DNA of 53,236 bases from contig JBBSBR010000003.1 of the NCBI GenBank assembly GCA_038251135.1, forward strand, positions 1-53,236. The letters run 5' to 3'. The notes beneath the pieces were generated by a model, which did no database searches, was not told the origin of the DNA, and saw only the letters and a program-made list of their open reading frames with translations. Source of the DNA: Candidatus Saccharimonadia bacterium (GTDB taxonomy: Bacteria > Patescibacteriota > Saccharimonadia > UBA4664). This document shows positions 1 to 9,092 of the stretch, piece by piece. A program made the position numbers and the translations under genes. Position 1 is the first letter of the stretch, and every line of letters starts with the position of its first letter.

Positions 1-192
1 ATGATTTCATTGCCGCCGCGTCCCAAGCATTATCGCCGATCGCGCAATGTCTGGATGGTGTTGCAGTGGGTATTGTTGCCGGTAACCTCGATAATTTTTG
101 GTTCGTTCGCCGCCCTCGACGCACAGACGCGGCTGATGTTTGGTAAATACCTTGGGTTCTATGTAACCGCCAAGGCGACCAAGAAGAAATGA
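1..192 (+). CDS. C-terminal fragment of a membrane glycosyltransferase (GT2-like), 5'-truncated by the window
   Basis: Hydrophobic helices ending ...LDAQTRLMFGKYLGFYVTAK, resembling CPR GT2 C-termini; stop overlaps the next start (ATGA at 189). Confidence 0.55.
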   Translation: MISLPPRPKHYRRSRNVWMVLQWVLLPVTSIIFGSFAALDAQTRLMFGKYLGFYVTAKATKKK

Positions 193-1244
193 TCTATTTT
201 TTGGCCTTTCTTATCGCTTTGGCGGTCTCGGCCGGAATTACCCCCGTTATTCGGAGCTATGCGCTCTCCCATGGGATCGTAGACCGTCCCGATAACCGCC
301 GCAAAATCCATACCAAGCCGATAGCTTACCTGGGCGGGGTAGCCATCTACATCAGTTTTCTCGCCTCGTTGGCCCTTTGGCTGCATCCCTCGCGCCAACT
401 TACGGCGCTCATACTCGGCTGCAGTATCCTGGTGGCGGTCGGTGTGATCGACGATATCCGCCCGATGTCGGCCTGGACGAAGCTCTTCTGGCAATTTGTG
501 GCAGCGACCGTCGCCCTGGCGGGGGGTATCGGCATCACGACGGTCACAAATCCGCTCGGCGGCGTGATCGACCTGGGCTGGGGCCGCTTCTCGGCTTCGG
601 TCTTCTCGTTTGAATTCCATGTGACGCCGATTGCCAACCTCATCAGTATCCTTTGGATGGTGGGTCTGGCGAATACGATCAATTTTCTCGACGGACTCGA
701 CGGCCTTGCCTGCGGCGTCTCCGGCATCGCGGCGTTTATCCTCTTCCTGCTTTCAGTCGGGCCGCGCGTAGCCCAACCTGAAGTGGCTCTGATTGCGATT
801 ATTCTGGCGGGCGCCGCTTTTGGCTTCCTGCCGTACAATTTCTATCCGGCCAAGATATTTATGGGCGACTCAGGGGCGTACTTTCTGGGACTGACGTTGG
901 CCATGCTCTCAATCTACTCCGGCGCCAAGCTCGCGACGGCGGTATTGGTTCTGGGATTTCCGATCATCGATGCCGTCTGGGCGACCGTCCGCCGGATGGC
1001 CAAAGGCACCTCGCCGTTTAAAGCCGACCGCCTGCATTTTCACCACCTGCTGATATCGGCGGGACTGAGCCAGCGCCAAGCCGTACTCATTCTCTACGCT
1101 CTGTCGCTAACCTTCGGCGCCTCGGCGCTCCTGATCAGTCCCGTGGCCAAAGTCATCGCTTTCGCCCTGCTCGGTACCCTGATGGCGCTGACGATCTATT
1201 ACCTCACCGCGGCGGGGAAACGTCGCAATATTCAGGCCCAATAG
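189..1244 (+). CDS. Undecaprenyl-phosphate GlcNAc-1-phosphate transferase (WecA/TagO/MraY family)
   Basis: Motifs GVIDD, NFLDGLDGL, FMGDSG, DRLHFHH; about 11 TM segments. Confidence 0.92.
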   Translation: MIYFLAFLIALAVSAGITPVIRSYALSHGIVDRPDNRRKIHTKPIAYLGGVAIYISFLASLALWLHPSRQLTALILGCSILVAVGVIDDIRPMSAWTKLFWQFVAATVALAGGIGITTVTNPLGGVIDLGWGRFSASVFSFEFHVTPIANLISILWMVGLANTINFLDGLDGLACGVSGIAAFILFLLSVGPRVAQPEVALIAIILAGAAFGFLPYNFYPAKIFMGDSGAYFLGLTLAMLSIYSGAKLATAVLVLGFPIIDAVWATVRRMAKGTSPFKADRLHFHHLLISAGLSQRQAVLILYALSLTFGASALLISPVAKVIAFALLGTLMALTIYYLTAAGKRRNIQAQ

Positions 1245-1305
1245 TCTTATGTTTGTTCGGTTGGCTTGATTTTGCTAGAATGGTCAGGTAACGAGGGACT
1301 TTACA

Positions 1306-1638
1306 ATGCACCCACGATATCTTCAGGACCTGATCAAGAACCTTCAGGAGCTTTATAAGTGCCCTTCGTGCGATACTAATTATCATTTCGATGATATTCG
1401 CTTCCTAGGCGAGATAGACAGTTACTGTTTCGTTCAGCTCAGTTGCCACCATTGCTCCATGCCGGTCCTTGCCACGGTCACCCTTGGTGATCAGCAGGCC
1501 GATAAGAAGTCCGGCACCGATATGCGCGAGAATGAGGTAGTGAAATTTGCTGCCCGCGGAGCCATTACGGCTGGAGAAATCGCCGAGTTCCATCGTTGGA
1601 TCACCAAGTCCCGTCTCGTCTTCAAACGTTCGAAATAA
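1306..1638 (+). CDS. Small zinc-ribbon hypothetical protein
   Basis: CPSC...CHHC pair; -10-like TGCTAGAAT and GAGG upstream. Confidence 0.7.
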   Translation: MHPRYLQDLIKNLQELYKCPSCDTNYHFDDIRFLGEIDSYCFVQLSCHHCSMPVLATVTLGDQQADKKSGTDMRENEVVKFAARGAITAGEIAEFHRWITKSRLVFKRSK

Positions 1639-1664
1639 TTCTTGAGAAAGGTAATTTAGAGATC

Positions 1665-2351
1665 ATGACCAAGTTAGTTTTGGACGCGCAGACGCGTACT
1701 ACCCACGGCAAGAAAAACCTACACCTGCGGGCGAAGGGTCTTGTGCCGGCTGTTGCATACGGCCGCGGATTTGAGTCGCAGTCACTCGAAGTCGACGCGC
1801 GCCAGCTCGACAAGGCTTTTAAGCAGGTCGGGCACAACCAGATCTTGGATATTAAGGTCGGATCCGCCGGCCCCAAGGGCGCCCTTATTCACGACCTGCA
1901 GTTCGACGCCCTCACCGGCGCCGTAACTCACGCGGACTTTTACCTCGTCCGCATGGACGAGACGCTCCGAACCGCCGTTCCGCTGCACTTTATCGGTGAA
2001 TCGACGGCCGTCTACCAGAGCGAAGGAACGCTGTTTAAGAACGTGGAAGAGGTCGAGATCGAGTGTTTGCCGGCCGACCTGCCGGAGTCGCTGGAAGTAG
2101 ACATCTCGGTCCTCGACGACTTCGAGAAGACAATCAGCTTGGCTGACCTCGTGATACCGAAGGGCGTTAAGCTCCTCGAAGAAGACCTCACGATCCTCAT
2201 CGCCCGCGTTGAAGCGCCTCGCAGCGACGAGGAGATAGCTCAGCTTGATGAGGAACTGGGCGACACGGTCCCGGACAGCGTCAAGGAAGAGAACCCGATC
2301 GTGGTCTCCGAAGAGAACGAAGGCGACAAGGATCGCCGCGACAAGAAGTAG
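1665..2351 (+). CDS. rplY: 50S ribosomal protein L25/Ctc
   Basis: LRAKGLVPAVAYG, HADFY, VEIECLPADLPESLEVDIS, acidic tail; start moved to ATG 1665. Confidence 0.95.
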   Translation: MTKLVLDAQTRTTHGKKNLHLRAKGLVPAVAYGRGFESQSLEVDARQLDKAFKQVGHNQILDIKVGSAGPKGALIHDLQFDALTGAVTHADFYLVRMDETLRTAVPLHFIGESTAVYQSEGTLFKNVEEVEIECLPADLPESLEVDISVLDDFEKTISLADLVIPKGVKLLEEDLTILIARVEAPRSDEEIAQLDEELGDTVPDSVKEENPIVVSEENEGDKDRRDKK

Positions 2352-2370
2352 CCAGCTTGACCGCTCGCAC

Positions 2371-2398
2371 CAAAATCCGCCCCGAGGGGCGGTTTTTG
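2371..2398 (+). terminator. Intrinsic terminator after rplY
   Basis: CCGCCCC/GGGGCGG stem followed by TTTTT. Confidence 0.85.
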
Positions 2399-2499
2399 AT
2401 TTAGATTTTTCGGCCGCTGAGCTCAAGAGGTATTTCTAAATCCGAACCGGATGATATACTCAAATTACCCCATTCCCACCAAACGAGAGGGGAGTAACT

Positions 2500-2904
2500 G
2501 TGGCAATTGACCAACAGACCGCTACCCGGCCGCCGTCGTGGCGATCGCCCGGCGTGCGGGGTGACGTGGAGGCCGCCCTCAACGCCTTCCGCGGCCTGCT
2601 TCGCATGATTCGCACTCAGCATGCTTTTCGCCTGCAAATGCTTGTGAGCGCCCTCTACGCGGTGCTGGCGCGGTATCGAAACGTCTCGGCTGCCGAGTGG
2701 GTGGTGAGCGTTCTGGCGGTTGCGGCCGTCCTAGCCGCGGAAACCATCAACACGGCCATCGAATCGGTCTGCGATTTCATACATGCCGAGCACCATGAGG
2801 AGATAGGGATCATCAAAGATCTCGCCGCCGGTGCGGTACTAATCTTCGTCCTGGCCGCTCTGAGCCTGGGATCCGCCTTCCTGATCTGGCCCCAACTCAT
2901 CTAA
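2500..2904 (+). CDS. dgkA: Prokaryotic diacylglycerol/undecaprenol kinase (DgkA family)
   Basis: ETINTAIESVCD and KDLAAGAVL motifs, 3 TM. Confidence 0.88.
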   Translation: MAIDQQTATRPPSWRSPGVRGDVEAALNAFRGLLRMIRTQHAFRLQMLVSALYAVLARYRNVSAAEWVVSVLAVAAVLAAETINTAIESVCDFIHAEHHEEIGIIKDLAAGAVLIFVLAALSLGSAFLIWPQLI

Positions 2905-2997
2905 CCGCCCAACGAGCCTTCGTTCGGCGGCTTTTTCTTGCCTAATTTGGGGTACTGACCGCGGAAGCCGATTAAAATATCGGATTGCCCGTTGCTT

Positions 2998-3444
2998 CTA
3001 ATCGTACTTCTTGAGTTCCTTCTTGAGCTGGGCATCGCTCGCCAGATCGGTCTGGTAGGCAAGGTAGCGCAGGAAGGCCGAGGTATTGAAATGTTTGAGC
3101 GTCACGAGGACGATGCGGGCGATGTCCTGCGAGGTGATTACGGATTGCTTCGTATCGAGTAATTTAGCCTCAACGGTGTCGGTCACGGCATCCACGGTGG
3201 TCTCCTTTTGGGGGATCGAGAGGAAGGCGCCGTAAATACCGGAGTAGAGCTTGGCGCGGGAGTAGCGCTGTTTCTTCCCGGTCTTTTTTATTACTTTGAA
3301 AAAGCCCAAATCAGGCGCTTCATAGGTTGTAAATGCCTCGTGGCAGTTCCGGCACCGCCGCCTTCGCCAAATCTGATTCCCAAACTTGGTAGTCCGGGAA
3401 TTGTAGACTTCGGTAGCGGTTTCACGACAAAAGGGACATTTCAT
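2998..3444 (-). CDS. nrdR: Transcriptional repressor NrdR
   Basis: MKCPFC...RRRRCRNC..FTTYE zinc ribbon followed by an ATP cone. Confidence 0.93.
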   Translation of the reverse strand: MKCPFCRETATEVYNSRTTKFGNQIWRRRRCRNCHEAFTTYEAPDLGFFKVIKKTGKKQRYSRAKLYSGIYGAFLSIPQKETTVDAVTDTVEAKLLDTKQSVITSQDIARIVLVTLKHFNTSAFLRYLAYQTDLASDAQLKKELKKYD

Positions 3445-3459
3445 GACTATATGTTGTCA
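3444..3459. promoter_or_regulatory. Candidate NrdR box at the nrdR start
   Basis: TGACTATATGTTGTCA matches the NrdR core CWATATNTWG; weaker copies at 3462-3477 and 3521-3536. Confidence 0.5.
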
Positions 3460-3628
3460 TGTAACTATCAATTGTGGAAGGGGATAACTTTGCGTTTGTG
3501 TGCAAAACCCCTCGCCGACCTGACTATATCTATGGCTATGATTGCTCATTACGCCAACCCATACTCAGGGTGGGATTTTCCGGAGAGATCCTGAACCAAT
3601 TTCTGAATTACCCATAAGGAGACGTACA

Positions 3629-4117
3629 ATGAGGCTCTTAGCAGGTGCCGAAGCACAATCTGCCTGGCAAATGGTATCAGAGGCCGTAAATGAGGCCAGA
3701 CTGGCCTCCTGCGGCCGCTCGCGTTGCGGAAGCGTGATCATAACGGCTGCCGGTGGGGTTATCGGCCACGGCTTCAATTCACCGCCAGCCGATCGGCCCG
3801 ACCAAAGGCGATGTGAGCGTAAATTTGAACTTGCTCCTGGCTTTAAGTCGGATCGTACCTGCTGTATTCACGCCGAGTGGCGGGCAATCTTGGACGCGCT
3901 GCGCCAGTATCCCGATCAGATCGGCGGCGGTCGGATCTACTTCATACGACTGGACGCGCAGGGCGCACCCGAACCGGCAGGGCAACCGTACTGCACGATC
4001 TGCAGTAAACTGGCCTTGGATGTAGGCCTGGCCGAGTTTGTACTCTGGCATGCAAAGGGGATTACCGTTTATGATACGGCGGAGTACAACGACCTCTCTT
4101 ACGCCTATGGCAACTGA
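3629..4117 (+). CDS. dCMP/cytidine deaminase family Zn-dependent deaminase
   Basis: GFNSPP, IHAE, PYCTIC motifs; AGGAG upstream of ATG 3629. Confidence 0.85.
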   Translation: MRLLAGAEAQSAWQMVSEAVNEARLASCGRSRCGSVIITAAGGVIGHGFNSPPADRPDQRRCERKFELAPGFKSDRTCCIHAEWRAILDALRQYPDQIGGGRIYFIRLDAQGAPEPAGQPYCTICSKLALDVGLAEFVLWHAKGITVYDTAEYNDLSYAYGN

Positions 4118-4185
4118 TTTACATCTGAGGTTGAGCGTGCTTTAATCAGGGCTCGCCGCACCGACCAGACCGAGGAGGTCACGGC

Positions 4186-4851
4186 ATGTATAGCTGGCAG
4201 CGACAGTATCGCGAGTACCCGGGCCACTTCCTGATTTTTCAGGGGCCGTCTGGGGCGGGCAAGAACGCCATCATCACGGCACTTAGGGAGCGGTACCCGC
4301 AGCTGGTTACAGTGATCTCAGAGACCGACCGTCCACCCCGCGAGGGTGAGGTCGACGGAGTACACTATGAGTTCGTCTCCAACCAGGAGTTCATGGAGCG
4401 ACGGGAAGACGACTGGTACGCCGAGACTAACGGCTACATTACCGGTTACCTCTATGGCACTCCGCGTCGCCAGATCGAACCGGGTCTCGCCGCTGGCCAG
4501 CTGCTCATCGGTGACGCTGACGTAAATGGCATCGGTCAGCTCTTTGGGCGCTACGGAACCCGCGTGCTCACCTGGGTACAGGTGACACTCCGGCCCTTGG
4601 GCCGCATCACTCCCTCCGTTCTCCGCGACTACGAGGAGCGCATCGTGGCCCGTGAGCCTCATCTGGCCGGCACGCCAGAACTCGACAAGCGGCTGGGCGG
4701 TGCTCGGGCGGAGCTGGAGGAGATGCGTAAGTGGCACGACCAACTATCTGCCTACACGCTCGTGAACGAGTGCGACAAGCTCAAACGCGTCGTCGACATG
4801 GTCGATGCGGAGGTTGTTGCGCCCTGGCTTGAGCGCCTCAGCCTCATTTAG
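4186..4851 (+). CDS. gmk: Guanylate kinase-like protein (divergent)
   Basis: GPSGAGK P-loop, TDRPPREGEVDGVHYEFVS, YGT. Confidence 0.8.
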   Translation: MYSWQRQYREYPGHFLIFQGPSGAGKNAIITALRERYPQLVTVISETDRPPREGEVDGVHYEFVSNQEFMERREDDWYAETNGYITGYLYGTPRRQIEPGLAAGQLLIGDADVNGIGQLFGRYGTRVLTWVQVTLRPLGRITPSVLRDYEERIVAREPHLAGTPELDKRLGGARAELEEMRKWHDQLSAYTLVNECDKLKRVVDMVDAEVVAPWLERLSLI

Positions 4852-4898
4852 CCATCCTGATCTCAGGGTGGCCTTTTCTTTGCCCAAAATACTGCTGC

Positions 4899-4927
4899 TT
4901 GCGTTCGGTCTTTGTACGGTTTAGTAT
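4899..4927 (+). promoter_or_regulatory. Sigma70-type promoter with TTCGG-N6-TACGG direct-repeat operator (candidate LexA box)
   Basis: TTGCGT-17bp-TAGTAT; repeat at 4904-4919 fills the spacer; same motif at 7368 and 30653. Confidence 0.65.
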
Positions 4928-4949
4928 CAAGAGACGAGGTACCTGCGTC

Positions 4950-5210
4950 ATGAATGAAACACATAACGACACAGTGAGTGTACTGGCCTCGTTCGTGCCG
5001 GGGCCCAAGAATACGGTGCTCGTCACGCCTTACTTCATTAAATGGCGGGGCAAGCGCTACAAATTGGGCACCATGGGGCTCTACCACCCCGAGCGGCGGG
5101 GGACCAAGCAAATTCATATTTTTGAGTTTTCAGCCGGGACCATCAAATTCCGCGTGGAGCTCGACCCCGAGACGCTCGTGTGGACGGTGGTGGAGGTTTT
5201 TTATCCGTAG
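4950..5210 (+). CDS. Small beta-rich hypothetical protein upstream of dinB
   Basis: PYFIKWRGKRY...HIF...FRVELDPETLVW; GAGGT upstream of ATG 4950. Confidence 0.75.
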   Translation: MNETHNDTVSVLASFVPGPKNTVLVTPYFIKWRGKRYKLGTMGLYHPERRGTKQIHIFEFSAGTIKFRVELDPETLVWTVVEVFYP

Positions 5211-5487
5211 ATCCCACTTGCGGGGATCTATTGGCTTAGGAGAACCATGCCCGCATTGCCGTGGACGCACACAGCAGCGGACGACCAGATTCGGTCGCGT
5301 AGGAAGGGCCCTAGAAGGGTGCGGCAGAGATTGTATTCGAAGTCAGAGGGAGTTGTGCGCCACGGAATGCGGGCAACAGCCGGACGAAAAGAAGATATAT
5401 CGCCAGTAGGTAGTGATTGACACTCAAAAGTTAATCCACGAACTACGCACCGTCAGTTAAAGCCATAACGTCAGCCGAGAACCAATT

Positions 5488-6762
5488 ATGAACCTACGCA
5501 TCAACCCCGAACCGCCCGAAATCATGCACATCGACCTCAACTCGGCCTTCGCCATGGCCGAGCAGCAGGCCAACCCTCTGCTGCGCGGCCGGCCGGTGGG
5601 CATCACCAACCGCATCAATGAATACTCCATCTGCATCACCGCCTCGTATGAGGCTAAGCGGCTCGGCATTACCATCGGCACCCGCCAGCGCGAAGCCAAG
5701 CTCCGGGCGCCGGGCTTTGTAATGCTCGAAAGCGACGCGCCCAAGTACCAGTACGTCCATCGCAAGCTCAAAGCCATGTTCGAGAGCTACTCGCCGACCG
5801 CCCGCATGAAGAGTATCGACGAGGGCATCATCGACTTCATCGGCATGCGCCGCATCCTGAAAGGTCGTTCGCTCGAAGACATTGGCTTGGAGATTAAGCA
5901 ACGTATTCGCGATGAAATAGGGGATTACATGACCGTAAATATTGGCATCGGTCAGAACCGTTGGCTGGCCAAGGTCGCCGCCGGTTTCATGAAGCCGGAC
6001 GGCCTCTATACGATCGACAAGGATAACCTGGAGGTAGTCTACGGCCTTATGCGCCTTACCGACCTGCCGTATATCGCCAGCCGCAACAAGATGCGCCTCA
6101 ATGCAGCGGGCATCTATACGCCCCTGGAGTTTCTCGATGCGCCCGAGCGGGTGCTCACCAAGCAGGTCTTTCGAAGTATTAACGGGCACCACTGGTACCT
6201 CAAATTACGCGGCTATGAGACCGAGGTGGAGTACGGCATTCGCACCGTGGGCCGTAATTATGTGCTCGAGCACCGCACTGCCGATCCCGAGGAGATAGCA
6301 CTCCTGCTCCATAAGGCCTGCCTTAAGATCAGCCGGCGTTTGAAACTTAATAGCTTGGCTGCCCGCGGGCTCATGGTGCAGTTTGGCTACGCGCAGCCGC
6401 GCGGGAGCGACTGGCAACCGCACCGCGGCACTCCCGCCTGGCGGGCACGCAAGATGTACGGCATCGCGGTGCGCCGCGCCGATCAGCTCTACCATCGAGC
6501 CATGGAGCTCTTTGGCGAGAGCCCGGCCGGGGAGACGTTAGCCTCCATTATGATTACCGCCTACGCCGTGGAGCCGGCCCGGACCGAGCAGCTCTTTCTC
6601 TACGAGAGCGAGGATGCGGCCGCGGAGCGCATCGAAGACGCCTTAAATGCCGTCAACGACAAGTACGGCGAGCTCACGGTGGTGCCGGCCGCCGTCATGA
6701 AGTCCAAGAACCCTATGAAAGACAAGATACCGTTCGGGACAATCCGCTACTTTACGGGCTGA
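5488..6762 (+). CDS. dinB: Y-family DNA polymerase IV
   Basis: HIDLNSAFA, ASYEAK, SIDEG, LAKVAA...KPDG. Confidence 0.93.
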   Translation: MNLRINPEPPEIMHIDLNSAFAMAEQQANPLLRGRPVGITNRINEYSICITASYEAKRLGITIGTRQREAKLRAPGFVMLESDAPKYQYVHRKLKAMFESYSPTARMKSIDEGIIDFIGMRRILKGRSLEDIGLEIKQRIRDEIGDYMTVNIGIGQNRWLAKVAAGFMKPDGLYTIDKDNLEVVYGLMRLTDLPYIASRNKMRLNAAGIYTPLEFLDAPERVLTKQVFRSINGHHWYLKLRGYETEVEYGIRTVGRNYVLEHRTADPEEIALLLHKACLKISRRLKLNSLAARGLMVQFGYAQPRGSDWQPHRGTPAWRARKMYGIAVRRADQLYHRAMELFGESPAGETLASIMITAYAVEPARTEQLFLYESEDAAAERIEDALNAVNDKYGELTVVPAAVMKSKNPMKDKIPFGTIRYFTG

Positions 6763-6781
6763 AGGAGACTGAATACAAAAT

Positions 6782-6820
6782 TAAATAAGCGCTGGGACGG
6801 ATATCCCGAGCGCTTATTTA
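6782..6820. terminator. Hairpin between convergent genes (likely bidirectional terminator)
   Basis: TAAATAAGCGCT...AGCGCTTATTTA inverted repeat. Confidence 0.75.
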
Positions 6821-6871
6821 AGGATATATGATGTATTTCTTACAACATAACTGAGAAAGTTTGACCGGCAA

Positions 6872-7279
6872 TTACGCCTTGGCGGCTACTAATTCCTCCT
6901 TGGCTGACACTTCGGCTTGCTCCTGCCGCTCGATAAGCTTCAACTTAAACCACTTGGTCAGACCCCATGACTGCTTCATGATCGAAACGTAAGTCTCGAC
7001 GAGTTCATCGGAGACGCCTAGGGTCTTAGCTTCCTCGAGGAGCTTCTGGGCGGCCTCGGCTTCCCGGCGCGCGTTGGCGAGGGCATCAAGCTTCAGCCGA
7101 TAGCTGAAGAGCCGATGAGCCTCCATGATGTAGTGAGAGACGCCGGCGCTGGTGCGGCGCAGATCGTTGCCCAGCGGGTAGTGCTGTTCGGCGGGGAAGA
7201 GCTTTACGAGCTCGTAGACTTGGTCTTCGGCGGCGCGGGCAGTCTGGTAGATACGCAGTTGTTTGATTGATTCGGCCAT
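6872..7279 (-). CDS. Four-helix-bundle protein (23S rRNA-IVP / bAvd-like superfamily)
   Basis: LRIYQ...YELVKLFPAEQHYPLGNDLRRTSAGVSHYIMEA pattern; AGGAGG SD before ATG 7279. Confidence 0.85.
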   Translation of the reverse strand: MAESIKQLRIYQTARAAEDQVYELVKLFPAEQHYPLGNDLRRTSAGVSHYIMEAHRLFSYRLKLDALANARREAEAAQKLLEEAKTLGVSDELVETYVSIMKQSWGLTKWFKLKLIERQEQAEVSAKEELVAAKA

Positions 7280-7345
7280 TTGAAACCTCCTTGCCCGCGG
7301 CACCTTACCTAAAACCACCGCGGGACCTAAACGTTATTGTGTGTC

Positions 7346-7390
7346 TCACCTCATATTGTCGATGATACCGAATAAAAACCGAACAGTCAA
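7346..7390 (-). promoter_or_regulatory. Promoter with TTCGG-N6-TTCGG operator (candidate LexA box)
   Basis: TTGACT-17bp-TATCAT; repeat at 7368-7383; 38/45 identical to 30631-30675. Confidence 0.8.
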
Positions 7391-7445
7391 TACCGAAAAA
7401 GAGCGATGAAAATCGCTCTTTGGCAATGAACGTTGGCGGCTGATT

Positions 7446-7688
7446 CTAGGAAAATAGACTATCGGCGTCATCGGCGGGCGGATTCGGCGATTCTCCGCGA
7501 AGTTTGCGGGAGTCGTCGGCCAGCCGCTTCACCTGCTCGGGACTCAGCCCCTGAACCTTATCGGGAGGGGATACCGGGCCGTGCGAACTGTGGGCGTTGT
7601 CGTTGCGGATGATTTCGGACAGGTAATCGTATTTCTTAGGGATCTCAGCGAAGAATAGCTCGTAGCTATCTAGGTTTTCTTTTGACAT
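7446..7688 (-). CDS. Small hypothetical protein
   Basis: 80 aa ORF with GAGGT SD; no recognisable motif. Confidence 0.55.
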   Translation of the reverse strand: MSKENLDSYELFFAEIPKKYDYLSEIIRNDNAHSSHGPVSPPDKVQGLSPEQVKRLADDSRKLRGESPNPPADDADSLFS

Positions 7689-7907
7689 TTACTACCTCAG
7701 TTTAACTTCACTTTAACGCTGAACTGCGTGAGCACAACGTTGACTGTATAACCATACGCTCTTGGTCCCGTACCAGTCAAAGCCACATCTTACGAAAAGT
7801 CCGGGGGAATAGGGGGGTGTGTTTGTGGGTAATCCCGATAAAAAATCCAAAAATCCAGCGAGTGTCAGCAGTTTTCCAATCGAGAAGCGCTCCTTGAACA
7901 CAAAATA

Positions 7908-9092
7908 TCACACAGAGACGTCCTGGTAGAACATCAGGCCCAATTTGATCTGCAACGCGTCATCAAAATGCCTGGGGTCGAGCTGAATGAGCTTCTTGGT
8001 CTTATCGAGGCGATAGATGAGGGTATTGCGATGGATATGGAGGTTGGTGGCGGCTTCAGTGAGGTTGAGGCCGCTGGCCAGGAAGCTTTGTACCGTTTTG
8101 AAAAGCTGCTCGTCGCGCAGGAGCGGCGAGAGGATCTGATATGCCAGCTCGGCTTTGCGGTCCTGCGAGGTATTTGCGAGAGTAATGAACATGCCGACGT
8201 TTTTGATATGGTAGGGTCGGTTCGGACCCCAGACTTTCTTGCCTACCTCAAGCGCTAATTTGGCATCCTGATAGCTTTTGCGCAGACCGGCCAGATCGGG
8301 GTAGTACTGGCCTATACCTACGGTGAAGTTGAGTTTTAGTTGTAATTTTTTCAACATATTAAACAAGTTTTCGCCTTTTTCGTTCATGAACTTGATTGTG
8401 TTCAGAGTCGTGAGGTAGTCTCCGCCAATACCTTTGAAGAGAACGAAACGATCATTGCCCAGGTAGGCTACCAGGTTGTCCTGATGGTTTTTGTAAAATT
8501 CACGGAGAATATTCGATAGCCTCGTCGTCTCTTCGTCGAGCTTGAGCTGCTGCTCCTCAGCCGAGAGGCCGCGATGCAGATGGTGCTGAGCCGTCTCCAG
8601 GCCGTCGAATTCGATAAGGATCATGGCTTGGGGGGATCGCACGTCGAGCTGCAGGATATCGGCTTGGCGGTAGATGTCCTCGGTGATAATCGAGCCGGCG
8701 GTCAGAAGTTGCGTCAGGAAATCGGCTCGGATACGCTCGCTGCTCTGGAGCTTGTCGAACAGAAAGTGCTGGTAGAGGAGAACTTCAGCCAGGCCATGGA
8801 GGAGGTTGATGGCTTCCTGGGTAATCGGCTCGACGTCCACCGGCAGACCAAAGACGGCAGCGGTTTGTCCTTCATAGACGAACGGCCACCACTTGGTCTG
8901 GCGGTCGAGGTAATTGGTCGTGATGGTATGGCCGGTCTGAGCTACTCCGAGGGCTTCGGCAACGAAACGGTGGGAGTCTGCCTGTGCGCCCACGAGGACC
9001 TGGCCGCTCGTGTCGGTAATGACGATGTCGCGTTTGAGGATGGCCCGTGATTTCTCGGCTACCTGTTTTGCTAAGGCGCTATTTAGTTCCAT
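7908..9092 (-). CDS. CdaR/PucR-family transcriptional regulator (paralog 2)
   Basis: N-terminal LAKQVAEK..DIVITDTSG, VGIG...LRKSY, C-terminal HTH LHIHRNTLIYRL; start ATG 9092 overlaps the upstream paralog. Confidence 0.9.
   Translation of the reverse strand: MELNSALAKQVAEKSRAILKRDIVITDTSGQVLVGAQADSHRFVAEALGVAQTGHTITTNYLDRQTKWWPFVYEGQTAAVFGLPVDVEPITQEAINLLHGLAEVLLYQHFLFDKLQSSERIRADFLTQLLTAGSIITEDIYRQADILQLDVRSPQAMILIEFDGLETAQHHLHRGLSAEEQQLKLDEETTRLSNILREFYKNHQDNLVAYLGNDRFVLFKGIGGDYLTTLNTIKFMNEKGENLFNMLKKLQLKLNFTVGIGQYYPDLAGLRKSYQDAKLALEVGKKVWGPNRPYHIKNVGMFITLANTSQDRKAELAYQILSPLLRDEQLFKTVQSFLASGLNLTEAATNLHIHRNTLIYRLDKTKKLIQLDPRHFDDALQIKLGLMFYQDVSV

Noticed and set aside
6872-7279. Diversity-generating retroelement suggested by the Avd-like four-helix-bundle gene
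   Set aside because: No reverse transcriptase and no template/variable repeat pair differing only at adenines seen in the window; the fold is widespread outside DGRs
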